Shown here: piece after piece, positions 49,901 to 63,600 of the stretch | How positions within the stretch are numbered: the stretch's first letter is position 1 | Layout of the letters: each line of letters begins with the position of its first letter | Source of the DNA: Takakia lepidozioides | Taxonomy: Eukaryota; Plantae; Bryophyta | Direction of reading: 5' to 3' | DNA: 64,000 nucleotides | Assembly: GCA_030704615.1 (NCBI GenBank) | Contig: CM060732.1 | Location: 21,638,001-21,702,000, forward strand | The notes under the pieces: generated by a model | Told to the model about the DNA's origin: nothing | Database searches by the model: none | What the model saw: only the letters and a program-made list of their open reading frames with translations | Position numbers and translations under genes: made by a program

Positions 49901-50062
49901 TCCTTTTAGATCCTCGTAGCTCCAAGCAAATACATCTCTGTATTTGATGAACAAACTCTTAGCTTCCTCAAAGAATTCTGGCTCCAAATCAGCCCCTACC
50001 TTCACCATCCTCGGTTCCTCTTCAGTTCCCACATTCACTTCTCTCACCTGCTCATCAGCTGT
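46935..50062 (-). mobile_element. Ty3/Gypsy (non-chromovirus-like) pol RT-RNase H-integrase plus 3' UTR, copy A
   Basis: KYRDVFAWSYEDLKG, YSFMDGFFGYNQV, KVMPFGLCNAPATFQR, VFLDDF; ERNYSTTEREAL, YVDHQAL; PFQKWGLDFVGP, YYPQGNGQAEATNK; frameshifts; lacks ~370 bp that copy B has. Confidence 0.93.
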
Positions 50063-51132
50063 GAAGAGGCTAGGACCTTTGCAGAGATCTGGGAAGATGG
50101 CTTTGCATCCTACGATGCCTACTGAACCATTTCAGAAATGGGGACTAGACTTTGTTGGACCAATTAACCCACCGGCCAAGAATACACAGAACAAGTACAT
50201 AATTACAACCACTGATTATACTACGAAGTGGGTGGAAGCTAAAGCTCTGAGGGACAATACAGCCAAGTCCACAGCAAGGTTCCTGTATGAGAACATACTT
50301 ACACGATTTGGCTGTCTCTTGGAATTTATCAGTGACCAGGGAAGTCACTTAATTAATGAAACCATTGAACTATTGACTAAAGAGTTCATGATTGTGCATA
50401 GGAAGAGTACAACGTATTACCCACAGGGTAATGGGCAGGCAGAGGCTACCAACAAAATACTATGTACAATCTTGGCTAAGATAGTCAATGCAAACAGAAC
50501 GGATTGGGATACAAAGCTGCTGATAGCTTTGTGGTCATACAAGACTTCATATAAAGTCACCACTAAGTATACACCATTCTAATTAGTTTATGGTATGGAA
50601 GCTTTACTTCCAGTGGAATTCTTGTTACCTATCATGAGAACTGAATGGGGAAAGAGAATGGAATTGGAAGATTCAATTAAGGTCAGGAACATGAATTATA
50701 CCATGTGGAAGAAGTACGTGTGCTGATGCAGCTGATAAAATGACCAGAATTCAGATGAAGAGGAAGGAACAGTTTGATGAGGGCAAATTAAAGACTTTTA
50801 AGACGGGAGATTTGGTTCTCTGGTTGCAGAAGAAGAGGAAGATTAAAGTTTCTAAGCTTAAATCACCATGGAAGGGACCTTATGTCATATAGAAGATGTA
50901 TGATAACAACACAGCCATGTTACAAACCATTAACAAAGAGATGCTGGGAAGAGTCAATGCCAATAAGTTGAGGGGTACAGTGGTATCCATACAAACCATT
51001 GCAGCACGATTTGCATGTTGAAACGCAAAAGCAGTCACGGGCTGCGCCAGTGATACCAACGGAGTATGGAGAGCACTTGTCGCTAAGCCGAGCATATATG
51101 ACCAGGCGGGAAACTACAGGTGTTCACATACC

Positions 51133-51255
51133 TATCACAGCCCATCACAACGTCACACAGCCTATCACAGCCCATCACAGCATCACATAGCCTATCACAG
51201 CCCATCACAGTGCCACACAGCCTATCACAGCCTAACACAGCCCATACAGATTACA
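51133..51255. repeat. 10-bp CACAGCC(C/T)AT tandem repeats in the Gypsy 3' UTR; mirrored at 47330-47470 and related to LTR repeats at 55728-55842
   Basis: atcacagcct/atcacagccc units; gtcacagccc units in the LTR. Confidence 0.85.
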
Positions 51256-51929
51256 CAGTCCATAGGGTCAGTGACAGGTGGACGCGAATTAACGTTAGAA
51301 AAGTGGCCATCAAGTGAAGAAAAAGTTTGGAAGTCAAACTTGGAGAATGTGCCACGCGGAGAGGGGAAGATGGGGGCATGTTTAGAAACGGACACGTGGC
51401 GGCTAAGGCGAAGCACACCGCGCTGCATCGATTGTAAAAGTGAGTTTTATCATGCATGAGGACAAATCGGGCCGTCAAAGTACCTACCCGGTACAACAAC
51501 TAATACTAATTGTGGGCCCATTAATGCATTCAGTGCCAGGGTAACAGAACCCTTTTCGAGTTCAGAAAAGGGAAACCTATGCCACATGTGCTGTCCTACT
51601 GGACATTCCAGGTGGAAATGTCCATGGAGGGGGGTGGAATTAAGGAATATCTAAGCAGTCCACAGCCAATCAGGAGTGAGAATTACATGCAGGTGGTTCC
51701 CTCCAAGAAACAAGAACAAGAAATAGGAAGTGTTATGAGCGGAAGAGTCGGAGTGGCTCTGAATAGCCAAGCTCTCGACGGAAGGGGCAATCAAAGCACT
51801 AGCCTGGTAGCTATGGCAGATGTAACCGATTACACACTCGCTTTACTTCTCACGCAGTGGTGCAAGGACGGACGCATTGAGAGTATATTTTCTCTCACTC
51901 GTTACTTGCAAGCCCCATAGGCTTACACG

Positions 51930-54900
51930 CACTTACCTGTTCCATTCTGTACCAACCATACCTTCATGCTCTGTGCCCTGCAAGCTTTCCTTCAGCTGTT
52001 TCAAACAAAGCCTTTCTGTTTGTCTAGAATGAAGAGAGTGAGGGGAATGGAGGATATCAGGGTGAAGAGCACCACGATACTGCAGAAGCAAACAATTGCA
52101 GCACCGCAGGCAGTACAACTGCTAAGGGAGTTGCGATTGGAGGGGTTGCTACGCAAAGACTGGTCCTTGCATCATCGGTAGTTCACGATACAATTTCTTC
52201 AGAACTTTGAGCCTCGGACGGGAGTTACTCAGGTGAGGGGAGTAGATATAGAAATTACTCCCCAGTACCTGCAGCAATTGTTTGATTTGCCATCCGGACA
52301 TGTGGATGTGGATGAGCACAGGGCAAGATTGCAGATAGGGAATTTGTTCCAAGAAGGGAGTTTCTTTAAAACTCAAGGTTACGCTTGTACCAAAGCCGAG
52401 TACCCAGGGCTTAGGGAAGTTGGCCAAATATTGAACGTTCTGTTTGCCATGAAACAGAACCAACAGTATTTGAGCAGGTCATTCACAGAGGAGATCCTGA
52501 AGGCTTTGAGGGGAGAGGATGTCGCTTGGGCGGAGTTAATGTACAATGGACTGGTGGACGAGATGAAGAGGTTACATGGCACTGCTGCTAAGTCTCTGAT
52601 CATTGTGTCTGGTCCAGTCATTGCCCAAATAATTCTTGATTCTTGCATACTTGATACTCGGGAACGTAAGGAGATGGGAGTGTTTGAGGCAGAAATCACT
52701 GCAATTGAAGAGTAGGGCTCTTCACACAGTGAGGGTGGACTGGCAGGGCAACACCAATCTAAGAGACAGAGGCGGGGTATGACTGTAGTGGCGGATCCAC
52801 TGGCTTCACGGAAACCGCACGATAATGTTTCCCAAGCTCTTGTGGAGGTTGGGGGCACAGCAGCACAGAGAGCTGTTATTATTGGAAGCACGCCCTTCAG
52901 AGAGAGAAGATGAAGTCAATTCGATACCACAGCCAACACAACCAATTGACTCAGTTGTTTTGGAGGTTCCACAGTTACTATATGCTGTGACTTCACCCCC
53001 AATTGCTCTGGAAGGAGAAAGGTTGGACATTCCCACTACAGAGCAGGTCGTGGCCGAAATTGAGAAGGGTGACCTTCTCTATGAAAACTCTGGCTTGGTA
53101 AGGGAATCAGTGATTCCAGAGGTGCAGCGGTTGTCCAGGGAAAACCCTGCTATGCATGTAATACCCACACCTGTGACGGAGGTACCAGGGGTAGAATATC
53201 AAGACACTGCAGCACCTGTGGCGGATGAGGTGGTTCAGGAAGAAAATCTGGGGGGGCAATGGCCTGAATGGTTGGTGAGACACACTGTCGAGGATCAGGA
53301 AGAATAGCAGCAAGCTCACCATGATTACCCTCAGCAGGCCATGCTTATGAGTTCCATAAGAAGAACACTTAATTTGTTGGGCACTTCTGTGAAATCCCAT
53401 GTTCCATCTACCCAATTGGCAGCTTTGAGGGAGGAACTCAGGAAGAGTTTGAGGCTCGACTTGCCACTGAGTGTGCTAACAAGGTAGATGAGGAGGTCAA
53501 TCTCAAGTTACGGCAAGAGTTAGAGGACACAAAGGCTGCTTTGCAGTTGGCCAAGGGACATTTGATTGAAGCAGGCCTCGCACAGGACCAGTTGCATGAA
53601 GCACATAAACAACAGTTATACCAAATGCAGGTGAAGCATGAGGGCAAGTTGCAAGAAGTGAATGCACTACATACAGAGTTGCAGGCAGTACATGAGAGGA
53701 TGACTATACAATGTGCTACACTCACAACTACTCTTGAGCAAACTGCATTAGAAGTTAACAGACAAAGGGAGAAATGTATGAAGGCAGAGGCAGAGATAAT
53801 CGAGCAGACGAAACTCATTGTTGATATGAAGAATACAATCTGTCGCAATGAGAATACTTTCAAGCAATACAGACAGGTTGAGGCTGACCAAGAGAGGTAC
53901 ATCCTGGAGTTGCAACAAACAATCATGGTAAATAGAAATGAACTCTCTGTGGCTAACAAGGCTTGGAATGAAGCCAATAATCTGGCTACTGCCTATGCGA
54001 GTTTGGTTGAACCTCATGCGAAGCGCATGGAGGTTTTACAGCAGCAGTTAGATGTGTACAGGCTCACAAAGGAGCAGACTCTCAGGGGTGCCACACACAA
54101 ACTTGGTGGATAACCACCTTATGCAGGTCTGGTTAGCACAAGGGCCGGTGGAAGGCAAAGCACCATGGAAGCTCACCTTAGGGCGAGATGAATGAGCTCA
54201 GACTGCAGGTGCAGAACATTGCCACAACTACTATAGACAATGTCTATAGTAGAATAGCGGAGCTACAGGAGGATGTAGAAGGCCTGCAGACTCAGGTGGA
54301 TGACCTGAGTTCAAATATTGACAAGAGAGTCTTTGTACCTGAGGAGCAGCTGATGGCTACTTATTTACATGCCAGAACTCTAATTTTTCAGTCTTCTTCG
54401 CAAGGGGTGCAGGAGATGCCAGTGGTAGAAGGGCTAGTGGTACCAATACCACAACAAGTGACTGTGCAGGTAGCTGACCCTGTTGTTACTACAGCCACAC
54501 CACAGCCTGAGGTATGGGGGGATGCTGCTTTTAACCCACCTAAGACTCCTGCTGCACGAGAGTTAGGTCGGGCTATGATTATGCCCTTCAACCAAATTCC
54601 CATTGTGTTGGATTTGGCTTGGAAGGAATTTAGTCCGCCACAGTCGTTGGCTCATTACTACCAGATCATGCGCATTTGGCTGCCAGTGACGACTAGGACT
54701 AAGGTTCTTCCGAACAATCGACCCATTGAGGATCATCACTTTGCGAGGTATTGGTCAGGTACCATGTTGAAGGAATTAATTGCCTTCCAAGTTGTACATG
54801 TGTACATTTATACCAAAACCAAGGAGGTATCAAGTATTGTCATGGGCTGTGGATTATACTATGCTGCTTGTTTTCTAGCACGTTATCACATTGAGCAGCA

Positions 54901-55568
54901 GAAGATGCAATCGCGATTTCTGAGTTATTCCAGTGGGGATCATTGGGTCTTACCTTCAGTGCCACCTCATATGTACTTATATGATGCAAAAGTTATGATG
55001 CAGAAGGATTCCCAACTTCGTTCATGGTTTCATTCGGCTTGGAACAATTTGACAACAGAAATTCGGCCCTGAGGATATTTTCTTTAAGGGACATGATGCA
55101 TGGAAATACTTGCACTGTTCCCAAGTCATTGGCACACCTCTTACCTATACAGATAAGAAGTTCAGGACGTTCACTAATTTTGCGTGCTAGCGCTTACAAC
55201 AAGTTGTACAATTTAAACTTCCAGATTTGGTTGGACAACATTGTATGTCACACAAGATTCCACTTAAAGTTCGGCCGTTAAAACACTTGAGGGGCGACAA
55301 TGATTCTGATACTACTGTTTCTTTAGCGGACTCTTTTGACATGGTAAAGGACTATGCACTTCAAATGGCAGAGAAGAAACGACGGGGATCTCCTATGCCG
55401 GAGAGGTTACCTCGTTATCAGCCAAAGGAGGGTCAGACATTTCCAGGTAGTGCTCAATCATCTCCGTCAACCAGTGACAGGATTCGGGCTCGCACATGGA
55501 GTCCTTCACGAGAGTCTCACCGTCGGAAGGGTGCTCGCTCACAAAGGTTTGCTAATCCCAAACAGTAA
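51930..55568 (+). pseudogene. Extra 3' ORF of the Gypsy element (globular N-part, long coiled coil, unknown C-terminal domain), broken by stops and frameshifts
   Basis: Chain of same-strand ORFs 52233-52715, 52825-53307, 53541-54113, 54188-55072, 55227-55568 between integrase/UTR and PPT; heptad-rich E/Q/K/L segment ~53420-54330. Confidence 0.7.
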
Positions 55569-56339
55569 ACCGTGAGGACACGGTTTTTTGAGAGGGGGAG
55601 GAGTAAATGTTAGAGGGCTGCTTGGGACTTAGACGCTTTTACGGGTTCTGTGGGGTACCCTTAATTTTTGTGCAGATTGAGACCAACAGGAGCCTTAGGG
55701 GTGGCAGCAGCAGGCTTTAGGGGGGTTACACAGCCCGACACAGCTTTACACAGCCCGTCACAGCCCGTCACAGCCCAACACAGCCAACACAGCCTTACAC
55801 AGCCAGTCACAGCTCGGCACAGCTTGACACAGCCTGTCACAGTACATGGGGAACAGTTATCATTGACCGGGAATGACTGTGAGGGAACGACATCTGGAAA
55901 AGGAACGTGTTACTTCAGGGATGACGATTAATTAGTTAGGTGGTTAGAACAGCTTGCGGACAGATAAGGAGAGCGGCAACGGAAAGAAGGACACACACTT
56001 CACGGGGAGCGCTTCTGGGTCATGGATGAGAGGAGATCAGACGGGGAGCAAGAAGGAGGAAAGATGAACAATAGATGCTGATTACCTACAGAGTTGTAGT
56101 GATACGGTAGGGCAGATTAGAGTCACCATGGCATTGGCATGATACCTGATAAATCATAATCTGATACTTATTCGATACAAACACACTGTGTAGAGTGACA
56201 TGAGTGAAGCTGTGGAATGAATGCATGATTAACTAGAACTTAATAGATACTGAAGCAATCTGATGCTTCAGTATACACGGTAAGGTAAATTGATAACATG
56301 AAGACAAGAAGGAATACAAATAGGAAGCACAACCATGAT

Positions 56340-58362
56340 TCACTGGCTGCAGGTCATGACTGATTGTTCTGAGCGGGCTGAGTGCTTAGAGATATCCAAC
56401 TCTTCTATCTTGGAGTTTCCGCCTCGGATAGCGAAGGGATGGGTGAGTAAAAGCCGCTCGACAACTCCGCAAAAGATGAAGTGACCTCCCCACTCTCGCA
56501 GAGTGTTGCTGCTAGTCTGAACACTGCAGCTGGTCTTACCCCCGGCGTCGCAATCATGGTTGCCGAGAACAGTGGGGCTTGACACACAGAGGTGGCTGCC
56601 CCCAACAATACACTGGCTGCACTAGCCTTGGCAGCAGGTGTCAGTGCTGTACATGTAGCTCTCCCCAATGGCACAATAACGGCTTCTGTATTTGTCGGAC
56701 GAGAACTAGGTGCCATGGATATCGTCGACACTGTCTCCCCCAACATGAATGATTGAGGCAACCTAGCATGACGGCTTGCCTCCCCACGCTGTGGATCTAA
56801 CTCCACCTCTGCACCTCGTGGCTCAGGAACTCGTGCTGCTCCTCGAGTGACGGCTGCAGCAGACTCCACCTGCACTAGTGGTAGTGCTGCCCCACACATA
56901 AATCCCATGCCTCCCATGTCTCCTCCATCAGGATGACGCTGCTGAGGAGGAACAGGAGGTGGACCCTCAGGTCTTGGAGCTGGTACCACCTGAGCTGTGG
57001 CCATGGCAGCAAGCTTTTGCTCTAGTTGCTGAAGCCGGTTGGCCATGCCTTGGTCAACGCCCTGACCTCCACGTCCTTGGCCATACTATGCTTGCCCTCG
57101 TCCTACACCTTGTGCCTGACCACCTCGTCCTCTCTGAGATACTTCAGCTCGCCCTCGGCCACCATTGTTCCCTTGGAACTGGCCTTGCCGCAACTCAGGG
57201 TGCAAGTCATAACACTGGGCATCTCCATGCTAATACTTGCCACAATGCCCACACTGCAACTGTGCAGGCTGTGCTTGTGCCGACCTTTTGCCACTCTTTG
57301 GGCAATCTTTCTTGACATGGGGTCCTCCACATGTCCAACATATCACCCCTGGTTGTTGTTGGCTTGCAAAAGATGCTACTGGCCTCTGCACCTGAGGTCC
57401 CCTATAAGCTCCATGGAATTTGGGTTGGGAAACCTTGCCCCCCTGACCACGCTGTTGGGCAGTCCCTTGTGCCTGTTGGCTGGCAGCTGCGCCTCGTGCA
57501 GGCATGTCCTTGCCAAATCCAATGGTAACAACTCGCTCCTCCACCATGTTGAGCTCAATCCGCTCAGCCAACAAAAACACATCTGCTAATGTGGGTTGGG
57601 CTGCTTGTAACAGGGTTGCATCCCGCACCCTTCTCCTGAGCTCCTTGTCCAAAATTCCATACCAGAACTGGATTGCCTGAGCTTCAGTAACCCCTTGGGT
57701 CACACTTATCAAGCGCCTCATACGAGTGTAGGCCTCTCGCAAGCTCTCACTGGATTTGCGCTGGAAGTCTTGCAAACTTCGCAGCTTTTCTGTCCGTACA
57801 CCTTGGTAGTGGGAGTGCTGGTAGTGGGAGATATTGGTGCTGATGTAGGTACTGGTTGCGTCGTGCCTCGAGTAATGGAGACGTAGTCAGGTGACCAATA
57901 CATCCTCCGCTCCTCAATTTCTGCTTCATGTCCTCGCCTGAACTCGTGGTAATCGTCCATAGGCGGGCCTTCCAAATGCTGGAACAGTCCCTTCCACGCC
58001 ATGAATGGGGTGAATAGCTGTGGATTGCGCATCTGCTGCAAATCACAACAGCTGTCGAATTCCTCGATAAAGTCATCCAGCTCGATTGTGCCTATAGCTC
58101 CAGAGTACCTACGAGGCCCCTTGGTAGCTCCATACATCTCCTCCATGTCGTCCCACAACAATGGCAAAAGAAACTGCACACCTATTGATAAAGCCTCCGA
58201 GTCTATGTCTGACTTTGCACTAGTTGAGGGTGGAGGTGAAGATGGTCTGAACCAAACACCTCGTCTTGTGAACCCACTCTCACTGCTACTACCTGTAGCC
58301 GTACTCCCCTCAAAACCCTTGGGTAACTCCGTGATGACACTCACAACCCGCACCTCCCCCAC
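56340..58362 (-). mobile_element. Ty3/Gypsy gag with two zinc knuckles, frameshifted
   Basis: YSGAIGTIELDDFIEEF; FQRKSSESLREAYTRM (major-homology-like region); CWTCGGPHVKKDC and CGHCGKY*HGDAQC. Confidence 0.88.
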
Positions 58363-60299
58363 GTAACACTATAAGGCTCTAGTACTAATTCTAATAGTGA
58401 CACGGGTGAGCACCTGTTGCGGATTAAGGGTCATATCCTAGTGGCTAAGGGCACCTGCACCTGCATCCACCGCAAGAACTCCTATGGTTGGCTGGTCATC
58501 AACCCAGCCTCACCATAGAAGAAACACTAGTGGTCTTGCTGGTCATCACTCCAGCCTCACCACCGACAGCATACTCTAGGATTGACCGGTGATCAAATCC
58601 GGCCTAATCCCTATGAAAGCAAGCGCCCACACAAAACCAACATGGCGTACAGTCAAGCATGCAGGTGTTGGAGGGGATCCAAACACAAGAAATCAAAACA
58701 TCAACACCCCCACACCAAAATCCATCTGTAGTGTTGATCATGCAGAATATCCCAGCCCAAAACCCCGGACTGACTGGCCTCCACCAAGAGAGGCTTTGGC
58801 AACTACAAGTACAAAGTAATGAAAATAGTAAAGAGAGGGAGGGGATGAATAGAGGCCCGACCAAGCAAGATCTAATCCTGATCTATGCTATCAACTGCCA
58901 GACTTCTCTCAAAGTGCCTCGCTCTGCATGATGGTAAGGTGTAGGAGGTATGTCTATGTCCAGAAACCTGCCACTAACCTTGTCCCAAGCTACAGTAGCT
59001 CGCTCTAACCAACCCTTCCCCTCTTTCTGCCAGGTAGAGACAAAGCAATACTTCCCTATCTCCCGCTCACTGAATACTAAAGAAAATAAAGGTAGGGTCT
59101 GACAGTCTCTCAACTCGAAAGCTTTGAGACGGTTGCGAGTGTCCTCATTGCGAATGATTGCATCTCCTTCAAGCAGAACAAACGTGTCATTGCTAATGAA
59201 CCCCCGCTCGTGGTTGCCTTGTGCAGAGCGTGTCTGGCTGCAACCATGTCTGATTGCACAAACTTGTGTAGCTCCCGCAGGTCTCTTCTCTTAGCCTGTG
59301 CATACAAGGGGACAAGATTTATGTTTCTCAAGGAACTCAGACTGATTTTAGTGGAGAGCAGTTGGACGAGTTGATTGCATACTGGGAGTCAGGCATTAGC
59401 AATAGACAACACACTGCTGTAGTTGGCGTTGAGGGCCTCAATATTGCTTTGGACAGTCAGAACTCTATTGGAGCAAGCAGTTCTGCAGCTGTAGGTGAAA
59501 TACCAAAGTGGGTGGAAGCTAGGCTTGGAACACAGCCAAAGACAGCCCCGGGGACCAAGGTGTTCAGCCACAAGGCTGTGGTGTACTGGAGCCAAGATGC
59601 TCCAAAAATAAAAAAATAAAAAAAACTACAATGCATACCATTAAGATTCTAGCACACAGCAAATGAACACCACCACGTTAACCTTATCTTACCACAACAA
59701 ATATGTTGAAACAAAACCAAAATGGATGTCAAATGGATGACAATCAACTAGAAACATTCGTCCCATGAACATCTCGTGCCGTGACAAGTGCCAGACGCCA
59801 TTGCGTAGTCTTTGCCTAAGGGCAGGACCAATAGAAAAGAGATTTAGAACATGGACAATCTAATTAGCACTCCTCCCAAAAAGTGATCGTCAGTATGCTC
59901 AACCAACTTAGCAAACACAATATTCAATGAATTTAACCCTTAAGTTCCCGAGCCTTTTTTTGACTTTTTACCAATTTTGGGTACCCAGCTGCAGTAAATT
60001 GCCCCTAGAAACCTACCAAAAATCATCCGGAGATTCCAGCCTTATAGCAATGGGCCCAGCTCATTTATGCATGACATACCAAAAAATGAGCCAAGTCCAC
60101 CGTGGAAATTGTGAGATTATAGCGTTGGCCCGGACCTCAAATATCAGGTCCCAAAGAAAAAGTGGGGAGCTTTGATAGAGTGTAAAAGAAATTGGGGATG
60201 GTTGAAAGCAGTTTAAACTAGTTCCTAGGGGAGGGAACTACTGCCAAGTCCAAGAACACTAGCTGGAGAATTCAGAAGTTCAACTGTGTTTTCAGCTTA

Positions 60300-60610
60300 G
60301 TGTCTCTAGCTCGTTTGTGGCGCCAGTTGAAATCAGCTTCATCTCTCTTATCAGGGGACCTCCCATTGAGAGGGAAGCAGCTTCCTCCCGCGTTGTCAAG
60401 TAACTTTGGGAATAGCTGCACACAATTGGCCCCAAGCTTTCCTCCCCTCAGTTAACAGATCATGGTATGTATGAAACAAAACAGATCTGCCCCTGAGGGG
60501 TTTACCTTCAAAAACCCAAGCACATCTAGCTTTCCACAAATTCCATAAAGTGTGAGCTCTAATCGAAGTATGCGTAGCTTGTCTTACGGGAAGAATCATG
60601 TGGGAAGAAT
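60300..60610 (-). mobile_element. L1-like LINE 3' remnant related to the element at 8602-11745
   Basis: RAHTLWNLWKARC...YHDLLTEGRKAW versus RASTLWHLWRARC...YNDLLTE*KKAW at ~11120-11250. Confidence 0.8.
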
Positions 60611-63600
60611 CTTTTATGATTTCATAAATTAAATTTTTTATGTACATTTTTTCTTCTCATGGTATGTCTCAGGGGTTTTACTACCAATAATTTGAAGTCC
60701 CCGGCCTGGAAGGACGAGGGCGACCCGGCCCCCAATATGACCCTGTTGGCCCCGGTGTGTTGGCAGGGGATAGCTCCAGGAAGGCCTAGGTAAAACTGTG
60801 TGCAAACATCAAAAGAGCTCCACAAAATGCAGATTCGCTCCATGAGTCCTTCAAATCGACATGGGGGCACCAAGGAATCCTATGCATCAGCACTTCGCAG
60901 GATCAATGCATCTGGAACAAGCTGCCAAGCATAGGCCTTATGCCTCCCATGGTTTCTTTTTAGGGGTCTAGTCTAGACGTCCCCGGTAGTTCGATTGTCC
61001 TCCTCGTAGGGTTGGTTCACTTATTCACTTTGGAGGGGCGGGGGGTTTTAAATTCTTTTCCCCCTAATAATTCTGAATAAAATATTTCCAGGGCCTGAGT
61101 CTGTTTTTCTCTTAAATAAAAAAAAACAATAATTAACCACTGACCTTTTTTCCTTTTCTTTTTTTGGACCCTATCGATGCAGTATCCTATGTCCACTTAT
61201 GACTTCTATTTCCGTTTTCAAACATATTTACCCCTTTTCCTGCTCACCCTCTGCTCACAGGAACCAACTCTTAAATTTGGATGTGGGATATGCTAGAGAT
61301 GGGCCAATGCGGGCGTGCGAAAACTCCCATTTCATTTACCTTTCCGGTTCAATATTTCCACCTTGGGGCAGTTCTTGACATGACAAGTTCTTGTTGGTTC
61401 TAACTTAGAACCCGTGGTTGTACATCACGACCACATCTCCCAACCACATTTTTGTGAGAACCTGATGTATCCAAACGCGGTGGTTTGAAAGAATAGTGGC
61501 AAAAATTAAAAGATAAACAAGCACAACAAGCAACTTGAAACAAATTTGTAATGACATTACATTGTAAAAATGTTGTTTTATTAATTTATAGCAGCCAAAG
61601 CAAAACATGGAAGCACAGCTGGGCAGCAGTCCAAATCCACCTCCTCATCGAGATTACAGGAGACCTTCCCTGTCCCTCTCAGGAGGGAATGAGGTCTCCC
61701 AGCATCACCCCAGCCTTGAACATTCTTGACTGGCATAAGGGCCCTCCTCTGGAGTACCATATCATAGTATTTGAACATTTCAGTACCCAATTTTTCTCCC
61801 CAATGTAAGCTCAGCAATTGATATGGCAGCAGTTCAGATATTATACAGTTTAAGCCCCTCTTCACAAATATACATTGAACTTGTATGTCAGATGCACTTC
61901 CAAGTCTCCACAGAAAAATCCATAACAAATACATTCATCTTGTAAGAGGCCATTAGAGGATACCCACCATCTTAACCGGTCAATAGGGCACTGATAAGCA
62001 ACCCTAGCTCCAGCTGTCAGCTTTCGAGTTCTTCTTCCAAAAGTCACTAAAGCATCCTCAACTAAGAAGTGGAGCAAAACTTGCATCCATGCGATCTGGT
62101 TTCACATTCTACATTCCAATGCAATCTGCTACGCGGCAGGTGGTCTCAATGTTGGATCGTGGGCTTCATCTTATGTTTGATGGTGCTCTCCTGGAGCTTT
62201 GGTACCTGGGCATCAGCATCAGAAAAATCTCCTCAGATATAGAACAAGTGGCAAGAGAAAGCTACATTAAGAGTCTTGTGGGAGCTTTCACCCAATGTTT
62301 TCAGTCGTCGTCTCTCTGCAGGGGCCCACACTTAGGCCTCACGACAAAATTAAAACATACTCCATCCCACCATGCCTAACAGACCACCTCCCTGCTCCTA
62401 CTAAGGTAGAGAGCTACAGACCTGAAAAAGAAACTGAAAAGGGTGAGTATGCCCAGTGTCTGCATGCCATCATGTTTTCATATGGGGAGGAGAACACCAC
62501 TCCTAAGTAATCACTAAACTCCCCATAAAAACAAAAACGTCCTGAGCCCAGGTGCTAAAGATTTTCCTCCTGGAGGTTGGAATACCACAACCCACTCCAG
62601 CAGGGTCAGCATCCCACAGGGACTACATCTACAAGGTGTGATACCAAAATTTGCAGGCAACCATCAAAGAGTACATCATCTCTACCGGAGGCAACATGAT
62701 GCTTTCTAATACGATGTCAATGACCACCCTTGGATCAGCATCCAAATGCCATAACTAGACTGGCACTGTTGTGCTCATTTCAGGTTGCGTTTTATACCCT
62801 TTGGACGTGACAGCCAAAACCAGCTGCAAGACAGAAAGACTCCAGATATTTTTTCAAGTACTCCATCTCCCTCCATTTTACGTCCAGACATTGACAAACA
62901 TACCATCATACTTACACATTTTCGTCTTTTTCAACCAGCTATGGCTCAAGGGCCGCTATCAATTCTGCTATTGCAATGACAATAAAGAGTGCAATCCCTT
63001 CCCACCACTAAATGACGGCGTGGCATTGGCATCTTTGTTGAATAAAGGGGTCGATGAAAGTGAAAACTGAGGGGTGGAATCGCTTGTTCCAGCAGTGGAT
63101 TCAGCCTGGCCAGGTGCATCAGAGCTGCTTTTCAGTCCCGAACCCGACAAATCTGAGCCTACATCCTGGACAAAACAAGTTCATCATCATAACCACGTCC
63201 ACTTTCCACTTCTGCAGAAGGTTCTCACATTGTGGCTCACAAAAAGAAACATAATTAGGATGCTAATGAACAATCACTCTCATGTAGCTGTCACACATCA
63301 ACTGCTTAGGAGCACCCAACTAAATATCAACATGAGAGCCTAGTCAACTCTGAACTCAATTTTGAGAGGTACCCAAAGACTGAAGGATAACCACATGACG
63401 GTAAAGATGAGCATACGGATGAAGACAAAGGCACCAGGACAAAACTTCAAGGAAAAGAAACAACATCAAAAAGGAAGGAAACCAGAAAGAATGCTGTCAC
63501 ATCACTTTGAGAGTCAATCCAAGAGAAGACAGCGAAGAGCAGCCAACTAGCAGGCAAGTAGTTGGTACTTTAAGCTCGTGCTTCATAACAGTGGAAGCCC

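Larger units (their letters stand above)
50064..56200 (+). mobile_element. 3' half of the same Gypsy family, copy B: integrase core/GPY, UTR, extra ORF, PPT, 3' LTR
   Basis: 50065-50522 and ~50890-51633 are reverse complements of 47723-48180 and 46935-47715; WKGPY at ~50868-50883; PPT GAGAGGGGGAGGAG (~55589-55603) then TGTTAG at 55608; LTR end (..GTGACA 56200) tentative. Confidence 0.85.

Noticed and set aside
53438-53977. Antisense ORFs over the Gypsy extra ORF, MULE transposase and LINEs
   Set aside because: Shadow frames of real coding sequence on the opposite strand.
59100-59125. Possible PBS remnant (GCTTTCGAGTTGAGAG on minus) upstream of gag
   Set aside because: Lacks TGG and an adjacent LTR matching 55608-56200; cannot be supported.
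60368-60385. GAGAGGGAAGC as the partner TIR of the MULE end at 8152
   Set aside because: Only an 11-bp match, on the wrong side of the element and inside a LINE remnant.
62630-62770. F-box-like peptide (IVLESIMLPPVEMMYSLMVACKFWY) on minus strand
   Set aside because: Short, flanked by stops, similarity too weak to call.
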